Positions 25,612 to 38,233 of a stretch of DNA of 64,000 bases are shown in pieces (positions within the stretch are counted from its first letter, which is position 1; the number at the start of each line of letters is the position of its first letter). Location of the stretch: positions 7,037,095 to 7,101,094 of the forward strand of contig MU054391.1 in assembly GCA_013239625.1 (NCBI GenBank), given 5' to 3'. Both the position numbers and the translations under genes were made by a program. The notes under the pieces were generated by a model, which was given only the letters and a program-made list of their open reading frames with translations, was not told where the DNA came from and did no database searches. Origin of the DNA: Lama guanicoe. Lineage: Eukaryota.

Positions 25612-27082
25612 GGGAGACACGCCTGAGAGCGGCGCCGTCAGAACCTCACCCTGCTGAGGCTAAAGGAAGAATTCGAACCATGGGGTGTCTGGACCGGGAC
25701 AGGCCCCCAAGACTGTTGGCAACCCCCTCATGGTACGGGGAACAGGGCCCAGAGATGGATGGAGACTTACCGAGAGTGATGGGATAAGTGGATGGTCAAC
25801 GGGAACTCAAACCCAAGACTCCTAGGTTCTGGGCCAGACCCCATTGCCCTGGGCTCCGTCGAAGTCCATCTCAAGAACAAAGCTTTGCCTACCATCACCT
25901 CATCCATTCGCTTCCGTGGACACACTTGACTTTGCTCTTAGTTCTGAAGGGTCACTCTTGGATTATCTTGTAGAGGTGCCAGCATTTCGGATGATGGATA
26001 GATTTTGGCTACGTATATTTCCCTGTACTCTCCTACAATGCAATATTCCAAAAGAACATTTTAACTGTGAAGGCTGGAGACAAGAAAAAACGAAGTAGGT
26101 CATTTAATAAGAATATGTAAGTTTGCTCTTTTAGAAGCTAGCCCAAAGGCATCAAGTTTAATAAAGTAAAACAAATAGTTTCCCTTCAAAGCAAATGCGA
26201 TCCTATTAAAACAGCACAGGGTAAATACCCTGCCTCTTAGAAAGGGCAAACGTGAAAAGAAACTTTTTTTTTTTAACTAAAAGGGTTTCAGGAAGGAAAT
26301 TAGGGTTACAGAGGTTGATCTTAAGATATAGAATTTGCCTTACAAAGGAAAGAGGACCAAATGGCTTACTTGAAACAAACAGTGAAAACAACCAAAGCGA
26401 TAATATAAAATAGTTGATAAGAATTAGACTTCTGACTCTAATTTATTGAAGCTCCGTTTTCAGTTCCTTAAATAGCTTGTCTTCTCCTGTGAATGCTTGG
26501 TCCCTGACTGGAGAGGCAGGGGGACAGACAGGGCAGCAGGGATGCTCCCTGACGCTCACGCTCTCGCTCTCACTTTCCTTCCAGGATGTTTTTTAAAGCC
26601 AGCGTATTAGAGCGCCCCCTATAAGCCGGGCCAGGTGCTTTCACAGTTAAGCTCTCGCTTCACACTTCCAACAGCCTGTGTAGGTGGAATCATTCTCCCC
26701 GTTTGAAAGATGAGACGGTTGAGATGCAGAGAGTGCACCTCACCAAGGTCACACAGCTGGAGAGAAGCAGAAGCAGAGACCTGGATCTGGACTCCAGGGC
26801 CCCTCTGCCCCCTGCACCGCACTGCTGTGGAATGGCCCGTAACCAAAGGAAAAGTTTAAAGATACTCAGAAATGAATCAGCAGAATGCACTCTTATCCAT
26901 CCATCTCACAAGCACTCTAATGGATCACCATCCAAGAAGAAATTACTTTAAAAGATGATGCCAAAGAGTTCATATCGATCTTTTCTTCCCTAAGAAAAAA
27001 AAAGAAAAGTTCATGAGTATAAAAGATTTAGATCAATGTTTATAAAGTGATCACTTTGTATATGTCCTTATTCCTATTTTGG

Positions 27083-27088
27083 AATAAA
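27083..27088 (+). terminator. GREB1: Probable main GREB1 polyadenylation signal (3' UTR about 1.5 kb)
   Basis: AATAAA with an upstream TGTA (27057-27060) and a downstream T/GT-rich tract (ttagttctatttgtcttttgt); other AATAAA hexamers at 26160 and 27218. Confidence 0.65.
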
Positions 27089-30000
27089 AACTTACTTCCT
27101 TTAGTTCTATTTGTCTTTTGTAAATAGCAGCTTCTGGGCTGCAGTTCCCATTTTATTAGTTAATTTAAACTTGAAACAAAAAACCGAACTAATATTCTTG
27201 TCTGTTCCAGCCTTATAAATAAAATTTATGATGCATTTATTGCTGCTTTGGTGGGAATGAATTGTGTTGTTTTGTGAGGAAAGAGTATGGCCAGTGGTCT
27301 CCGGGGGCTGTCTGCTTAAAATCTCATGGCACGAAACAAAGGACAGTTTTGAAAAGGAAAAAAGAGCAAATCTGTAAAAGTGACAGTATATTAACATGTG
27401 GAGGAATCCCTGAAAGAGAAGAGGCGGACAGAAATGGAAGTGTATGAAACAGTAGCTCAAAGCATGCAGAGAAGCCTGCCGCACAGGAGGGTGATTCTGG
27501 GGACGCCCTGAGTGTCACAGAGACGAAAGAAGCTGGAAGGGGGCCTGGGCGTTTGTCAGGGTGAGGAACAGGGGAAGTAGTTGGAGCAGCCTGGCTGTTC
27601 GGTCCCTCCCAGCTGTTCCTGCCCCACTCCGCACCCCCCACCAACCTGGGCTCAGGCAGAGAGTGGAACCTCTGGCAGGGGGAAGGCACAGGGCCCAGGC
27701 CTTTGTGAAGACAAGCCGTTGGCACCCACCCCCTCCAAGGCATGGTCCTGTCCCCACAGTCTCTCAAGGCAGTTAATAGCAAACAGGAGCTCCCTAGTCC
27801 ACAAATAAACACGCAACGAAAACTCGTAACAATAAGCAGGAAACGTTATACAGTCAGAGGTGATGACCTCAGTAAAGAGTCAGTAAAGCAAACAGAGTCC
27901 TATAAAACAGGTGTAACTAAAGTCAGGGGAAAAGTGAGATTCTATTGTATCCAAAACAAAAAATGATTAATTCCAGATCTTAGAAATTAAGACAAAAACC
28001 TCACTAGGCAGCTGAAATAGACCAGGTCAAGAGTGAAACAGACAGCTGGAAGGCACAGCTGAAAAAGTCTGTAAGAAGGCAGCACAAAGGAGCTCCCCTG
28101 ATCTCTGAGAACCCTTCACTTCGCCCTCGCTCACTGCACGTCAGCTGCCTGGCCCTCCGGGACCAGCTTGGCTACGGCCAGGCCAGCACCTACCTCGGGC
28201 CTGTCATTTCTCTGCCTGGAGTGTCTCCCTCTTCCCATCTGCTTGAATCCCTCCCTCACTTGGCCACTGAGCCCTCACTCCTCAAAGGCCACCTCCTCAG
28301 TGAGGTAATCCCTGACTGAGCCCCTGCTCACAGAACACAGTTTATTTGTTTAGCTGTCTTTTTTGTTTGTTTGTTTGTTTCTCTCCACAAAAATAGAAAT
28401 TGTATAGAACATGTTCACTACTCTGTTCCCAGAGCCATGGTTATACCCAGCAAATACTAGGTGCTTATGAAATGCGCATCTAAGATGATCCCAGCGTGGG
28501 AACTGGGGGTGGGAGTGGTCAGTAATGGAGGAGCTGATAAAATGAGTCCAGCTGAGCTAAACTTCGAGGTTTAATAGGGCAGGAGTGATGAACATGAGTG
28601 AAAAGGAACATTTAAATATGTTAAAAGCATTTAGAGTAGCTGCTAGAAGGAAGAAATAATTATAAATGGGTTAAAGTCACGTAACAGACTGAGCTTCTCA
28701 GATTGGGCCGAGAAAGCTAATCAGAATAGGACTTAATATTTAAAAGTTAAATAGGCAATGAAGTATTTTAAGTGAAATTTCCAAGTTCTACCCAAGCTTT
28801 GTAGATATGCCAACGCTGCTATGAGATATAAAGCCAGAACTGTGAGAAATGTGAGCAGAATGGGTAACTTGTGCAGTCATAAACACAGACTCGTACATCT
28901 CTCTCAGAAATAGAGAAAGAAGACCAAGAGAAATGAGAATTGGGTTGACACAGTAACATATCTGGTCTACAGTAACCTTTGAAAGACATAATTCTTGTGT
29001 AATAAAAATTCCAGAAAGTTTTCTGGAACTAGATAGTAGTGATGGTTGTATAACATTGTGAATGTGCTAAATGTCACTAGTGGTAAATTTTATGTGAATT
29101 TTACCACAATAAACTAAACTATCCCAGAGCATTGGGAAATGTGGAAGCCTGGTCTTCTGCAAGGCCAGGTAACAGTCACCCCCAAACCAGATAAAAAGAG
29201 TAAGTGCACACCAGGAAAAGAAACTGATTCTTTTTTCCTGAATACTTCCAGCAATTTAAGGCTCTTGCAAAAAAGGACGAGAAATCATGCTGCAAAAACT
29301 GCATTGATATGGATGTCAGAGTTCTCATCGCAGGATGTGACAGAGAGGGCGTGGAATCTGAAGTCAGGAGACGTGGGTTCATACCTTGGTTCCTTTGCCA
29401 AGTCACCCAGCTCCCTGGATACTCTGTTAGCTATGAAGTCAGCAACAGTGAGTAGCATACTTTTTTGAGTACCTACAATGTGCCAGGCATTTTCCTAGAT
29501 GACTAATTGTCCATTGCTTCATTTAATCAACGCAATAACACTCTGCAGTAGATGTCATTGGGACCATGTTACAGAATAAGAAACTAGGGCTCTGAGAGGC
29601 TAAGTGACTTGTCTAAGATCACATAGCTATCAAGCGACAGAACAAAGCTAGATTCATGTCTGCAAGTGTTAAGGATGGTTTCACTAACATCACAGCTGCT
29701 TTCCATCTTGAGTAATTTGCTTCCACTAAATGCTGTACATTAGAAGGCAGTGTTGGCTCCTAAGCCTCTGTGTACAGTAAAAACACCGATCCAAAGTTTT
29801 CTTATCGGGTGCGTGTTTGGTTGCCTATTGGAGGTGGTGCTGGATTCAGGCATATCCCAGCTACACCACCTCACGTACCATCCAGAGTCTAGGCAATCTC
29901 AGCATTAAGGTTTAGAAACCACTTTCAGCAAAGAAGTTTGCATTAAGCCTCCCAGGTCTGGCTTCAGATTCTGTAGACAGCTCTTTAAGGGAAGACCATG

Positions 30001-30310
30001 AACCAAGGGCATGCCCAGTGTCCACCGCTGCTGTTTCTTTTTCAGTCCACTTGCTCAGGCAGACTTCCAGCTCAGAAGAAATTAGCATTTTAATTAACAA
30101 AAGGCCAGTGCAGAGTTTTAAAGTCCTTCAGGTCTCTAGAAGAAACAGGAATTCTGTAACTGCATTTATCATTCTCCGAATAGACTGTCCCAGTTTCCTT
30201 TTGGCTTTCTTCTAAAACTCTGGCGAGCACCCATTTTTCCCTCTTAGGATCTTTTGCTGTATGAAAGGACCTTTCCTAGGGGTGCTATCCACCCTACCAA
30301 GAAAGGTGGG

Positions 30311-30756
30311 TTTTGGGGGGTTTTGAATTTGTCCCCCGCAAAGGAATATTGAAGCCCTAACCCCCAGTGCTTCAGAGTGTGACTTTAATTGGAAAGAGGG
30401 TTGTTCCTGATGTAATAAGTTGGGATGAGGTCATACTGGAGTAGAGTAGGCCCCTAATCCAGTATTACAGGTGTCCTTATGAGAAGAAGACAGAGAGAGG
30501 CAGAACACCACGGGGCCATGGAGACAGTGACTGGAGTGATGAACCAACTGCAGAGGGGGCTCAAGGATTGCTGGGAACCACCAGGGGCAGGAAACAAGGA
30601 AGGGCTCTCCCCCAGGGCCTTTGGAGAGCACAGCCCTGCTGACACCTCAATTTTGAACTCGTAGCTTCTAGAACCATGAGAGAATAAATTTGTTGTTTTA
30701 AGGCACCCCTCTCCACTTTATGGCACTTTGTTACACAGCCCTAGAAAATTAATACA
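30311..30756 (+). mobile_element. MaLR solo LTR (MLT1B/C-like)
   Basis: ttgaagccctaacccccag...gatgaggtcatactggagtag...cagccctagaaaattaataca; GGTGG(G) repeated on both flanks. Confidence 0.88.
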
Positions 30757-32809
30757 GGTGGGCAACGCATACTTCATCTTTCAAAATCTGATGATGGCTT
30801 CCTAGGACCCTGGTATGATGTAGTCATGGCTATAAGATTAATATTTAGGAAAGGAGCACTATTTGGTCTCTTGATCTTGCCCAAGCAAATAGACCAACCC
30901 GCCACACAAGTAGATATAGCTCATTTTTTTAAAAAAATACAGAATCGTACAGACAGTCTGCATTCAGGAGCCAAGAGCTTCCCTTTATATTAATGGCAGC
31001 TACTGCCTATTGAGCTGTTTTAGGTGCTACGTACTCCACTTTTCCAAGTGTGTTTTTTTTCTTCACATTTACGCTGTCACTTAATTCTCAAAACCCAGAA
31101 GATAGTTGTTATACTGTCTGTTTCACAAATGTGGACAGGAGGCCCAAGCAGGGGAAGGAAGTAGCTTGTAAGTGGCACAGGCAGGCCCCTCCTCCAGGCC
31201 CTCTGAGCCCGGGCTGCAGGCGGTTAGTCACGGCTTCTGCCTGGGACCACAGCCGGGGAACTCGGTTTCTCTTTGAAATTTGTTACTCAGATGTTACTAC
31301 ACCAGCAAGACTATGCCACCCATAGAAAATAACTGATGTGCCCTTTCCTGGATCAGGAGTGTTTTCCCCTCAAACAGCTGTTTATCTAGTCAGTAAATCT
31401 TTATTACATGTTTTTAAAAAAACATCATACCAACAAATTAGGAAAAACCAAAAGAACAGGTTTCACCGTCCTTTCCCACCAGACATTTCTGAGTGTCTGC
31501 TACGTGCCAGCCACTGCGCTCAACTCAGGGACCAAGGCGGGAGAAACCACCCCGCTTCTTGGGTCACTTGCCTCCAGAGCCAACTCACCATCTTCTAAGT
31601 GTTTCTTTCTAGACCCTTTCTCTGTAGCTGAATAATTTGTGCATAATGGAATTTTGTGTTCTGTGGTCCTTTTTACTTAATAGCACAACCACAATATGTT
31701 TATGCTGCTAAAGAAGTCTTGTTATTCATTTACGGTGGCCTAACACGTAGGATCTGTTTGAGTGGATAGTCGTGATTTACTTTCTTAAGGTTGGGCCTGT
31801 TAGCTTTTATCATCTTGTGTCATCAGGCTCCTGGGAAGCAGTGTGGTAAAACCAGCGAGTGGCGGGTCCAGAGTCCCAGGCCTGGACTTCAGCCTTCCAG
31901 TTTCCCGGTCGTGGGAGAAGACCTGTCTTAACCTCTCTTTGCTTCATGACGGAGGTCACAGCAGTTTCCAGCCTAGGCGTGAGGGGCCGGTGTTGTGAGT
32001 GATTTATGTGGTTGGTCCAGAGCCAGCTGGTGAAGGCCCCCCGAAGAGCAGGGCATCTCACCTGTGCGCCCCCAGAGACGCTTTCCTGCCTCAGCAAATC
32101 GCCTTAATGGAAAATCCCAGCAATTGAAATATACGCTCTAAGTGTATGAACATTTCTGTAGCTTCCAAAATTTCTTGCCAATTTCCTTTCCAGGCAGTTT
32201 CTCCGATTTGGTCTCCTTCCGCTGCAAGAGCATTTCCGTCACGCCTGATTTCTGGTGGCACCATTTGCCCTTGTTGACATTTTAAATGAATGATTAGCTA
32301 TAAAATATTGCATCGCTATTTGATCGTCGTTTCTTTGGGAACTTTTGAGGCCAGACACATTCCCTCTGATACGTTTCGTGGCCTTTGAGTTCTTGGTATT
32401 TTCCTTAATGATTTGCATGAGATCTTTGGCTAATATGTAAAGTAACTCCTTATCTAAGTGCTCATGTTTTCTTAAGTTGTTTTCTCAACCTGTTTGCTTT
32501 AAACTTTGTCTCTGTTCTTCGCTATTCATCGAGCCTTCTGTAAGGGGAACCTACTGGGTTTTACCAAGTTTGGGGTCTAGGTGGTGACAGTGACAATAGT
32601 GACAGCTAGTATTTATTGAGCATTTTCTGTACGCCTGGCGCTGTGATGGGGACTTTGCATTCCTTCTCATTTCATCGTTATAAATTAATTATTGGGTACC
32701 ATAGATGCACAGTCCCGGACTCTGAAACCCTCAGGGTCAGACTTCAGAGTAGGTGGACTTTCTGAAAAGTAATGTGATTCATATACCACTTACCAGAACC
32801 TTAACTGGA

Positions 32810-33212
32810 TGTTATGGACTTAATGTTGGTGTCCCCTCAAAACCCCTGTGTTGAATTCCCAACCCGCAGTGTGGCCACATCTGGAGATGCGACCTCTAAG
32901 GGAGTAATTAAGGTTAATTACTGGTTAAGTAAGTTCATCATCATGAGATCATAAGGATGGGGCCCTGATCCATTAGGATTAATGGCCTTCTAAGAAAAGA
33001 CACCAGAGGGCTTGCTGTCCCCCGACACATGCACAAAGTTCACGTGGACACAGCGAGATGGCGGCTGCCCACGAGCCAGGAGAAGCCTCGGAATGAAATC
33101 TGTCCGTGTCGGCACCTTGATCTTCCCAGCCTCCAAAGCAGGGAGAAAATAATGTCTGCTGTTTAAGCTGCCCCTTGTGTGCTGTTGGTGATGGCAGCTG
33201 AGCTGTCACGCA
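32810..33212 (+). mobile_element. MaLR solo LTR (MLT1A-like)
   Basis: tgttatggacttaatgttggtgtcccctcaaaa...ggggccctgatccattagga...ggcaccttgatcttcccagcctcca. Confidence 0.85.
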
Positions 33213-34700
33213 GGAGCTTGGGGCATTCCTTAATCAAAGACATTAACATTTCTGGAGGAAAATGTACATATATTTCTGTGAAGAAGGATAATTAAGGGCT
33301 ATAAGTCGCCTCAAATCCAAGTACGTGTTTGCTGATCTGAATTAGTTTTAAAACTGGATTTAAGGCCTTCTGTAGATGAAAAACAGACTTGGGGAGATTC
33401 ACTGGACCAATGTGGCCTCATCTAAGTGATGATGTGACGTCAACCCAGATCTACCCCAGGGCAGGGCCCGAGCCCGAGGCCACCTGGGCCCCGCGGTTAA
33501 TTGCTTCCTGCGCCATCTCGGGAGCCTCACTGGAGTTTGTGCTTTGAGCTGCTGCTTGCTCTTTGCTGCTTCCTGGTGAGCCTTCTCTGTGAGCTTCTGC
33601 CAGAATGAAGTGGGGATGCCGGCCATCCCCGCCTGGACTCGGGAGCTCCAGAGGTGGGATTTTACCATCAGACCACATCCACCCTCCACCAGTGCCTCCG
33701 GGCCCAGCCACTCATGGCAGAGAGGGGCACCCCCCCAACCCCCTGACTGTCTGGAGCCCGTCCTCTTCTGTCCATGGGACCATCTCAAGGCCGAGCCTCA
33801 GAGCCACCCAGGAGGTCCCTGAGACCAGCGCTGCGCGGCTCCTTTCCCAGGGCCCTTCTCCCCCTGGCAAGGTGGGTGGGCTCTGTGGAGGCTGTCTCTG
33901 AAGTATGCGGTCATTGCCTCTGGCTTTTTCTCAAGGGCTCTGGGGCTGGGGGCCTGACACAGTCACCTCCCAGTCACACAGAAGCCACTGCACCGCACCC
34001 CAGGCTGTGTACATAGATGGCCCTTCCTCCTCCTGGCCACCTTTCCTGTCATCCTTTGCCCGTTCTGGCTTCTCTCCTCAAATAGGACACCCATCCAGGG
34101 TGTGTGTGTGTGTGTGTAGTTGTGTGCATGTGATGTGTGGCATGTGTGGTGTGTCTGTGTGCATGGGGTGTGTGTGCATGTGTTGGTTCCAGGACTGGGG
34201 ACCAGGTGGGTGATGGACACAGTTCAGGGAAACGTCACCAAGGTTAATCAGAAAGAACCTCTCCTTGGTCCTTCAGTTCTGCTCCCCACTTTTCTCTTCC
34301 TGCCCCTTCACAGACCTGTGGCCTCAACTGCTTCTAGACGCTCATAGGAAAAATCACCCTTTCTCTCAGGGCTCAGGCTTCATAAGCCTTCAGGAGCAAG
34401 GCTGGCAGTACCCAGGGGCACGTGGCCCCGGGCAGAAACAGCGGGACTGAGGCCTGCGGTGACAGGAAGAATGGAAGTGCGGCTCTTTCTAACACGGTGC
34501 TGCCCAGAGCCAGCTGCAGGCCTTCTCTCCAGAGCCGGCAGCGCTGCCGTCATCCCAGGGGCTGCCCCGCTGCCTCACGTCAGACAGACATGCAGGCCAC
34601 AGGCCAGGGAGGGAAGCTTGTGACCCCAGGCTTTCCAGAGCCCGCAGAATGCTCTTGTCGCTGTGATCAGCCATCCCCTCGTTGGGACAGGCTACAGGAT

Positions 34701-34706
34701 TTTATT
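34701..34706 (-). terminator. NTSR2: Candidate NTSR2 polyadenylation signal
   Basis: First minus-strand AATAAA I found after the stop, about 460 nt downstream. Confidence 0.5.
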
Positions 34707-34853
34707 ACAGCTCATGTGACTCAACAGTGCAGTCAGCTTCTGGGCACTGTTGCTTTGTCTACGGCAGAAATTCCAAAGGACATCTGAGCCTACAAACTTT
34801 GAGCATAAAACTACCGCAGAAGGTGGTGGACTTTCAGGAGAGCAGAAAACAGC

Positions 34854-34874
34854 AATAATAATAATAATAATAAT
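34854..34874. repeat. (AAT)7 microsatellite in the putative NTSR2 3' UTR
   Basis: Read directly. Confidence 0.9.
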
Positions 34875-35164
34875 GATAGCAGCAAGAACCACAGAAATAA
34901 TGCCAGTGAAACATATCCTATATTATACACCAGGCACCGTGCTAGGCATTCAATCTTCAGACAACGCTAGGAGATGGCTATTAACCGTCTCCATCATACA
35001 GGTGAGGGGACGGAAGCCAACAGGTGTAAGTGACTCGCCTGCCGTTGCACGGCTGTAAGGGGCAGGACTGCGGTCCGTGTAGACCCGCCTGACCGCACGG
35101 CTTGGATTATTAGTGGTGAGGTTGCTTGTCTGAGTGCTCGACGCCTGGGCTGTCATTGTTATTC

Positions 35165-35426
35165 TTATTCTTCGATGTCATCCAGGCCGGGCTTCCTAGG
35201 GGGGCCCCAGAGCCGGAAGCTGTATCCACTGGGGCGGGGCTCCGGGCTTTCCGGGGAGAATGGCTCCATGCGGTGGTGCTCTGGACACAGGGAGCCGAGG
35301 GCTTCCAGGAAGAGCTTTCTGAAGGAGGAAGACACAGCATTGTACAGGACAGGGGTCACCGCTGAGCTGACGTAGAAAAGCGTGTTTGTCACCATGTAGA
35401 AGTAGTGATAGAAATTGTAGAGCTTG
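35165..35426 (-). CDS. NTSR2: NTSR2 exon 4 coding part (TM7 and C-tail); full CDS 1227 nt = 408 aa + stop
   Basis: tctcttgcag|C; (D)KLYNFYHYFYMVTNTLFYVSSAVTPVLYNAVSSSFRKLFLE...FRLWGPPRKPGLDDIEE, TAA at 35167-35165. Confidence 0.96.
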
Positions 35427-36338
35427 CTGCAAGAGAAACCCAGAAGGCCTGGTGAGCCTCCTCCCCCTCTGCTGGGGAGTGCCCCTGTCCTCCCCAGGCC
35501 GGGGTGAGGCAGGCCTGTTTTCTGCTACGGGGAGCTCAGTGTAAATTCAAGAAATGCCCCATCGTTACCAGCTGCCCTCGGTGGGGCCCCCACCCAGCGT
35601 CTATGAGTCCCCACTCCTAGCTCCAGGCCCACACCTGCTGATTGACAGGGTCCTTGTCCAGCCCACTGCAACGCTGGGAGCCTCGTGCTGCAGGTGGGAT
35701 TGAAGAAATGTGGCTTCACTACAGGAGAAAGTCTTTCTGAGAGGCCACGCCCCCGTCGCCATGGAAAGGGTTATGCACGTGTTGGGGGCCGAGCACCAGT
35801 AGCTATCCTGTAGGAGGCATCTGTTGACTGTTTCCTTGGGGGCTACATGGGATCCCTCTCCTCTCAGATATCTGAGTTTTGCTTATGATCAGGGCATAGG
35901 GATTTCCAAAAGGAAGATAATGGATTCTCCGCTGTTCTCCAGTTGTGTCGTAGAAAGCGTGTGCAGGGTCTGGTCTCTGTCTAAGGGGCCTTGGTTAACT
36001 CCTGGAATCCCAGCTCTGAGTATCCACCCTCTCTCCTTGTAATAACAGGGCCGTAGCCCTGCTCCCCGGCCTGCAGGCTGCTCTCCATCCCAAAGCCAGG
36101 AAGCCCACAGCCCTGACCACCGTGCACATGGCCTTACCAGGCCAGAGCGGTTTCTAGATAATGTGCTGTTCCCCACTCCAAGCCTGGAGCTTTTGAGGTA
36201 ACAGACTGCGCAGGACTAGCTAGAATGGAGGCCAGAGTTTCAGAGAGCCCAGCAACTGGGGGTCCCCCTGGACAGCAGAGGAGGCCCAGGCCCCACCCGT
36301 GGCCACTCCCCATATGCTGGGCTCCTCCCCACACTCAC

Positions 36339-36429
36339 TCAGTCCAGCTGTCGTCGGGGATGTAGCAGTACATGAGCCTGCGGGCATGGTACGGCATCCA
36401 GCAGACGACATACACGGCCACGATGGCCC
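36339..36429 (-). CDS. NTSR2: NTSR2 exon 3 (91 nt, TM6)
   Basis: tgtctgcag|GG, ACTGA|gtgagt; (R)[29 protein letters not shown] with the CWxP motif. Confidence 0.96.
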
Positions 36430-37065
36430 CTGCAGACAGGTCGGGAGAGACAGGACAGAGAGCAAACACGGGCTCAGTTATACCCTCTCCAGGGAGGGAG
36501 CTGTCTGAAGTGACAGCAGCATTTCCCGGGAACTGGTTCCTAGAGTCTAAGGGTTGGAAGGGGACTTTGAGGTTATCTGAAGCACCCTTATCTGGATCTG
36601 TCTCCAAGCCCAAACCTGTCCACTTTAATCCTGACCTGTACACTGACATGTTTCTAGAAGCTTCTATAACATCTATATCCTCCTGGCCACCAGGATATAC
36701 TCCCAACTCAGGGCTACATATTCTCACTTGGTTGTCGAACTGCAGAGACAGCAGAACTTAAATGTCCTTCTGCCTTATAAAGCCTCTCCCTCTTCTGTCC
36801 CGTTTTCTGATAGATTGATGGCACCACCATCCATCTGACACTCAGGTCATAAGCCAGAGAGTCGTCTTCTTTTCCCGTTACCCTCAAGATCCAGTGTATT
36901 GAAAAGCTCCTCCCTAGGATCTCTCCTCTCCTATCCTTCCCCTCTCCTTCACTGTGCCCACCCCAAGGGGCCCTGTCTTCCCTCCACTGAACTATGACAG
37001 CAGTCTCCTAGTTGGCCCCATTGTCCCTAACCTTCCCTTCCCTCCTTCTAATCTTGCCCATCTTT

Positions 37066-37213
37066 CAGTCCACTGTGGCCTGTGGACCAGAAGCATCCAC
37101 ATCAACTGGGAGCATGTTAGACATGTAGAATCTCAGGCACACAGAATCTCTGGGCTGGGGCCCAGTGGACCCTCCACATCAGCCTAATGCACACGGAAGT
37201 TTGAGAAGCACTG
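37066..37213. mobile_element. MER5A-like hAT-Charlie MITE
   Basis: gtggaccagaagcatc...gggagcatgttagacatgtagaatctcagg...gtttgagaagcactg. Confidence 0.7.
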
Positions 37214-37983
37214 GACAGCCCACCCTCCAAAGACTGCTGAGCACTGTATCTCAAGAGAAAGTCCCCTGTCAGTCCTGGACACCGACTCTGTCAGTGACAG
37301 CCCGTTGCCTATGGCAGCAAGTCCAGGCCCTCCGTGTGCTGCCTTTGCTGCTTGTCTCATCCCATTCCACTGAGCTCTCACATTCCAGCCTGTGCACAAG
37401 GCCATGGCGTTGATGACAGCAGAGACCCGGGCTTTTACTCGGTCCTCCCAGGTCTTAGTGAGTGCCTAGATTACCGCAGGTGCTTGGAGAGACCTTTGCT
37501 TTCCTGTGCCTGTCAAAGTTATCATTTAAAATCAAAGGCAAGTTTGCCCAGATACTTAAAAGACAAACAGCCAAACAGATCAATGTTGTTTCAGGGAAAA
37601 GTGGAGAGTTAGTGGAGAACTGGATTTGGACACACAGCTGGTCTGAGTCCGCAGTTCCAGGTCGGCAGGTCATTAACTACATCCGCTGTTCACGTCCACC
37701 TGTACGACCAGACTCCCTGAAAAGTAGCCCGGCACCTGCTTGTCTTTGTGTACCGCTCCCGGGCGCAGATGGGGGATTCAAGTACATAATTCCTGCTCTT
37801 TCCTTTAATTACAGCACTCCACCAGACAGAAGCCTGTTGGTGAGTCTGTGATTCCCCAGTGCATACAGGAAAATGAGGCCTAGAGGGAGGCAGTAACTTG
37901 CCCAAGGTCATGTGACCAGGGGCTGGGGGAGGCAGCCGTGGAGTCAGCCCTTCTTCTCAGGGTGGCGTTACCGGGCACTTAAC

Positions 37984-38233
37984 TGAGAACCTGGATGCTG
38001 TGCTGGAGGCCGTGGATGCGGCTGGAGTGCTTGTGTCTCACCAGGCTGGCCTGGCCCCCCAGGGACAGTGTCTTCCTCTCCTCTCTCATTAGCTCCAGGC
38101 GACCGGGGGCAGAACTGCCTGTGGCAGGAGGGTGTGGCACCTGGGAGCAGAGGGCTGCCAGGTGGCTCACGGTGACCCCATTTAGGAAGGCAGTTAATGC
38201 CAAAGGGAGCACGAAGGACACCAGCACGTTCAC
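37984..38233 (-). CDS. NTSR2: NTSR2 exon 2 (250 nt, TM5 and ICL3)
   Basis: ccttttccag|GTG acceptor; VNVLVSFVLPLALTAFLNGVTVSHL...QHSIQVL; phase-1 donor CTCA|gttaagt is needed to join exon 3 in frame. Confidence 0.92.

Noticed and set aside
37905..37918. AGGTCA-TG-TGACC palindrome as an estrogen response element near GREB1
   Set aside because: Spacer is 2 nt rather than 3 and it lies in MIR-derived sequence; I saw no perfect ERE in the window, though I did not scan exhaustively.
37979..37984. Apparent premature stop (QVLS*) suggesting NTSR2 is a pseudogene
   Set aside because: The TAA lies inside the intron; splicing at 37984 gives an intact 408-aa 7-TM frame.
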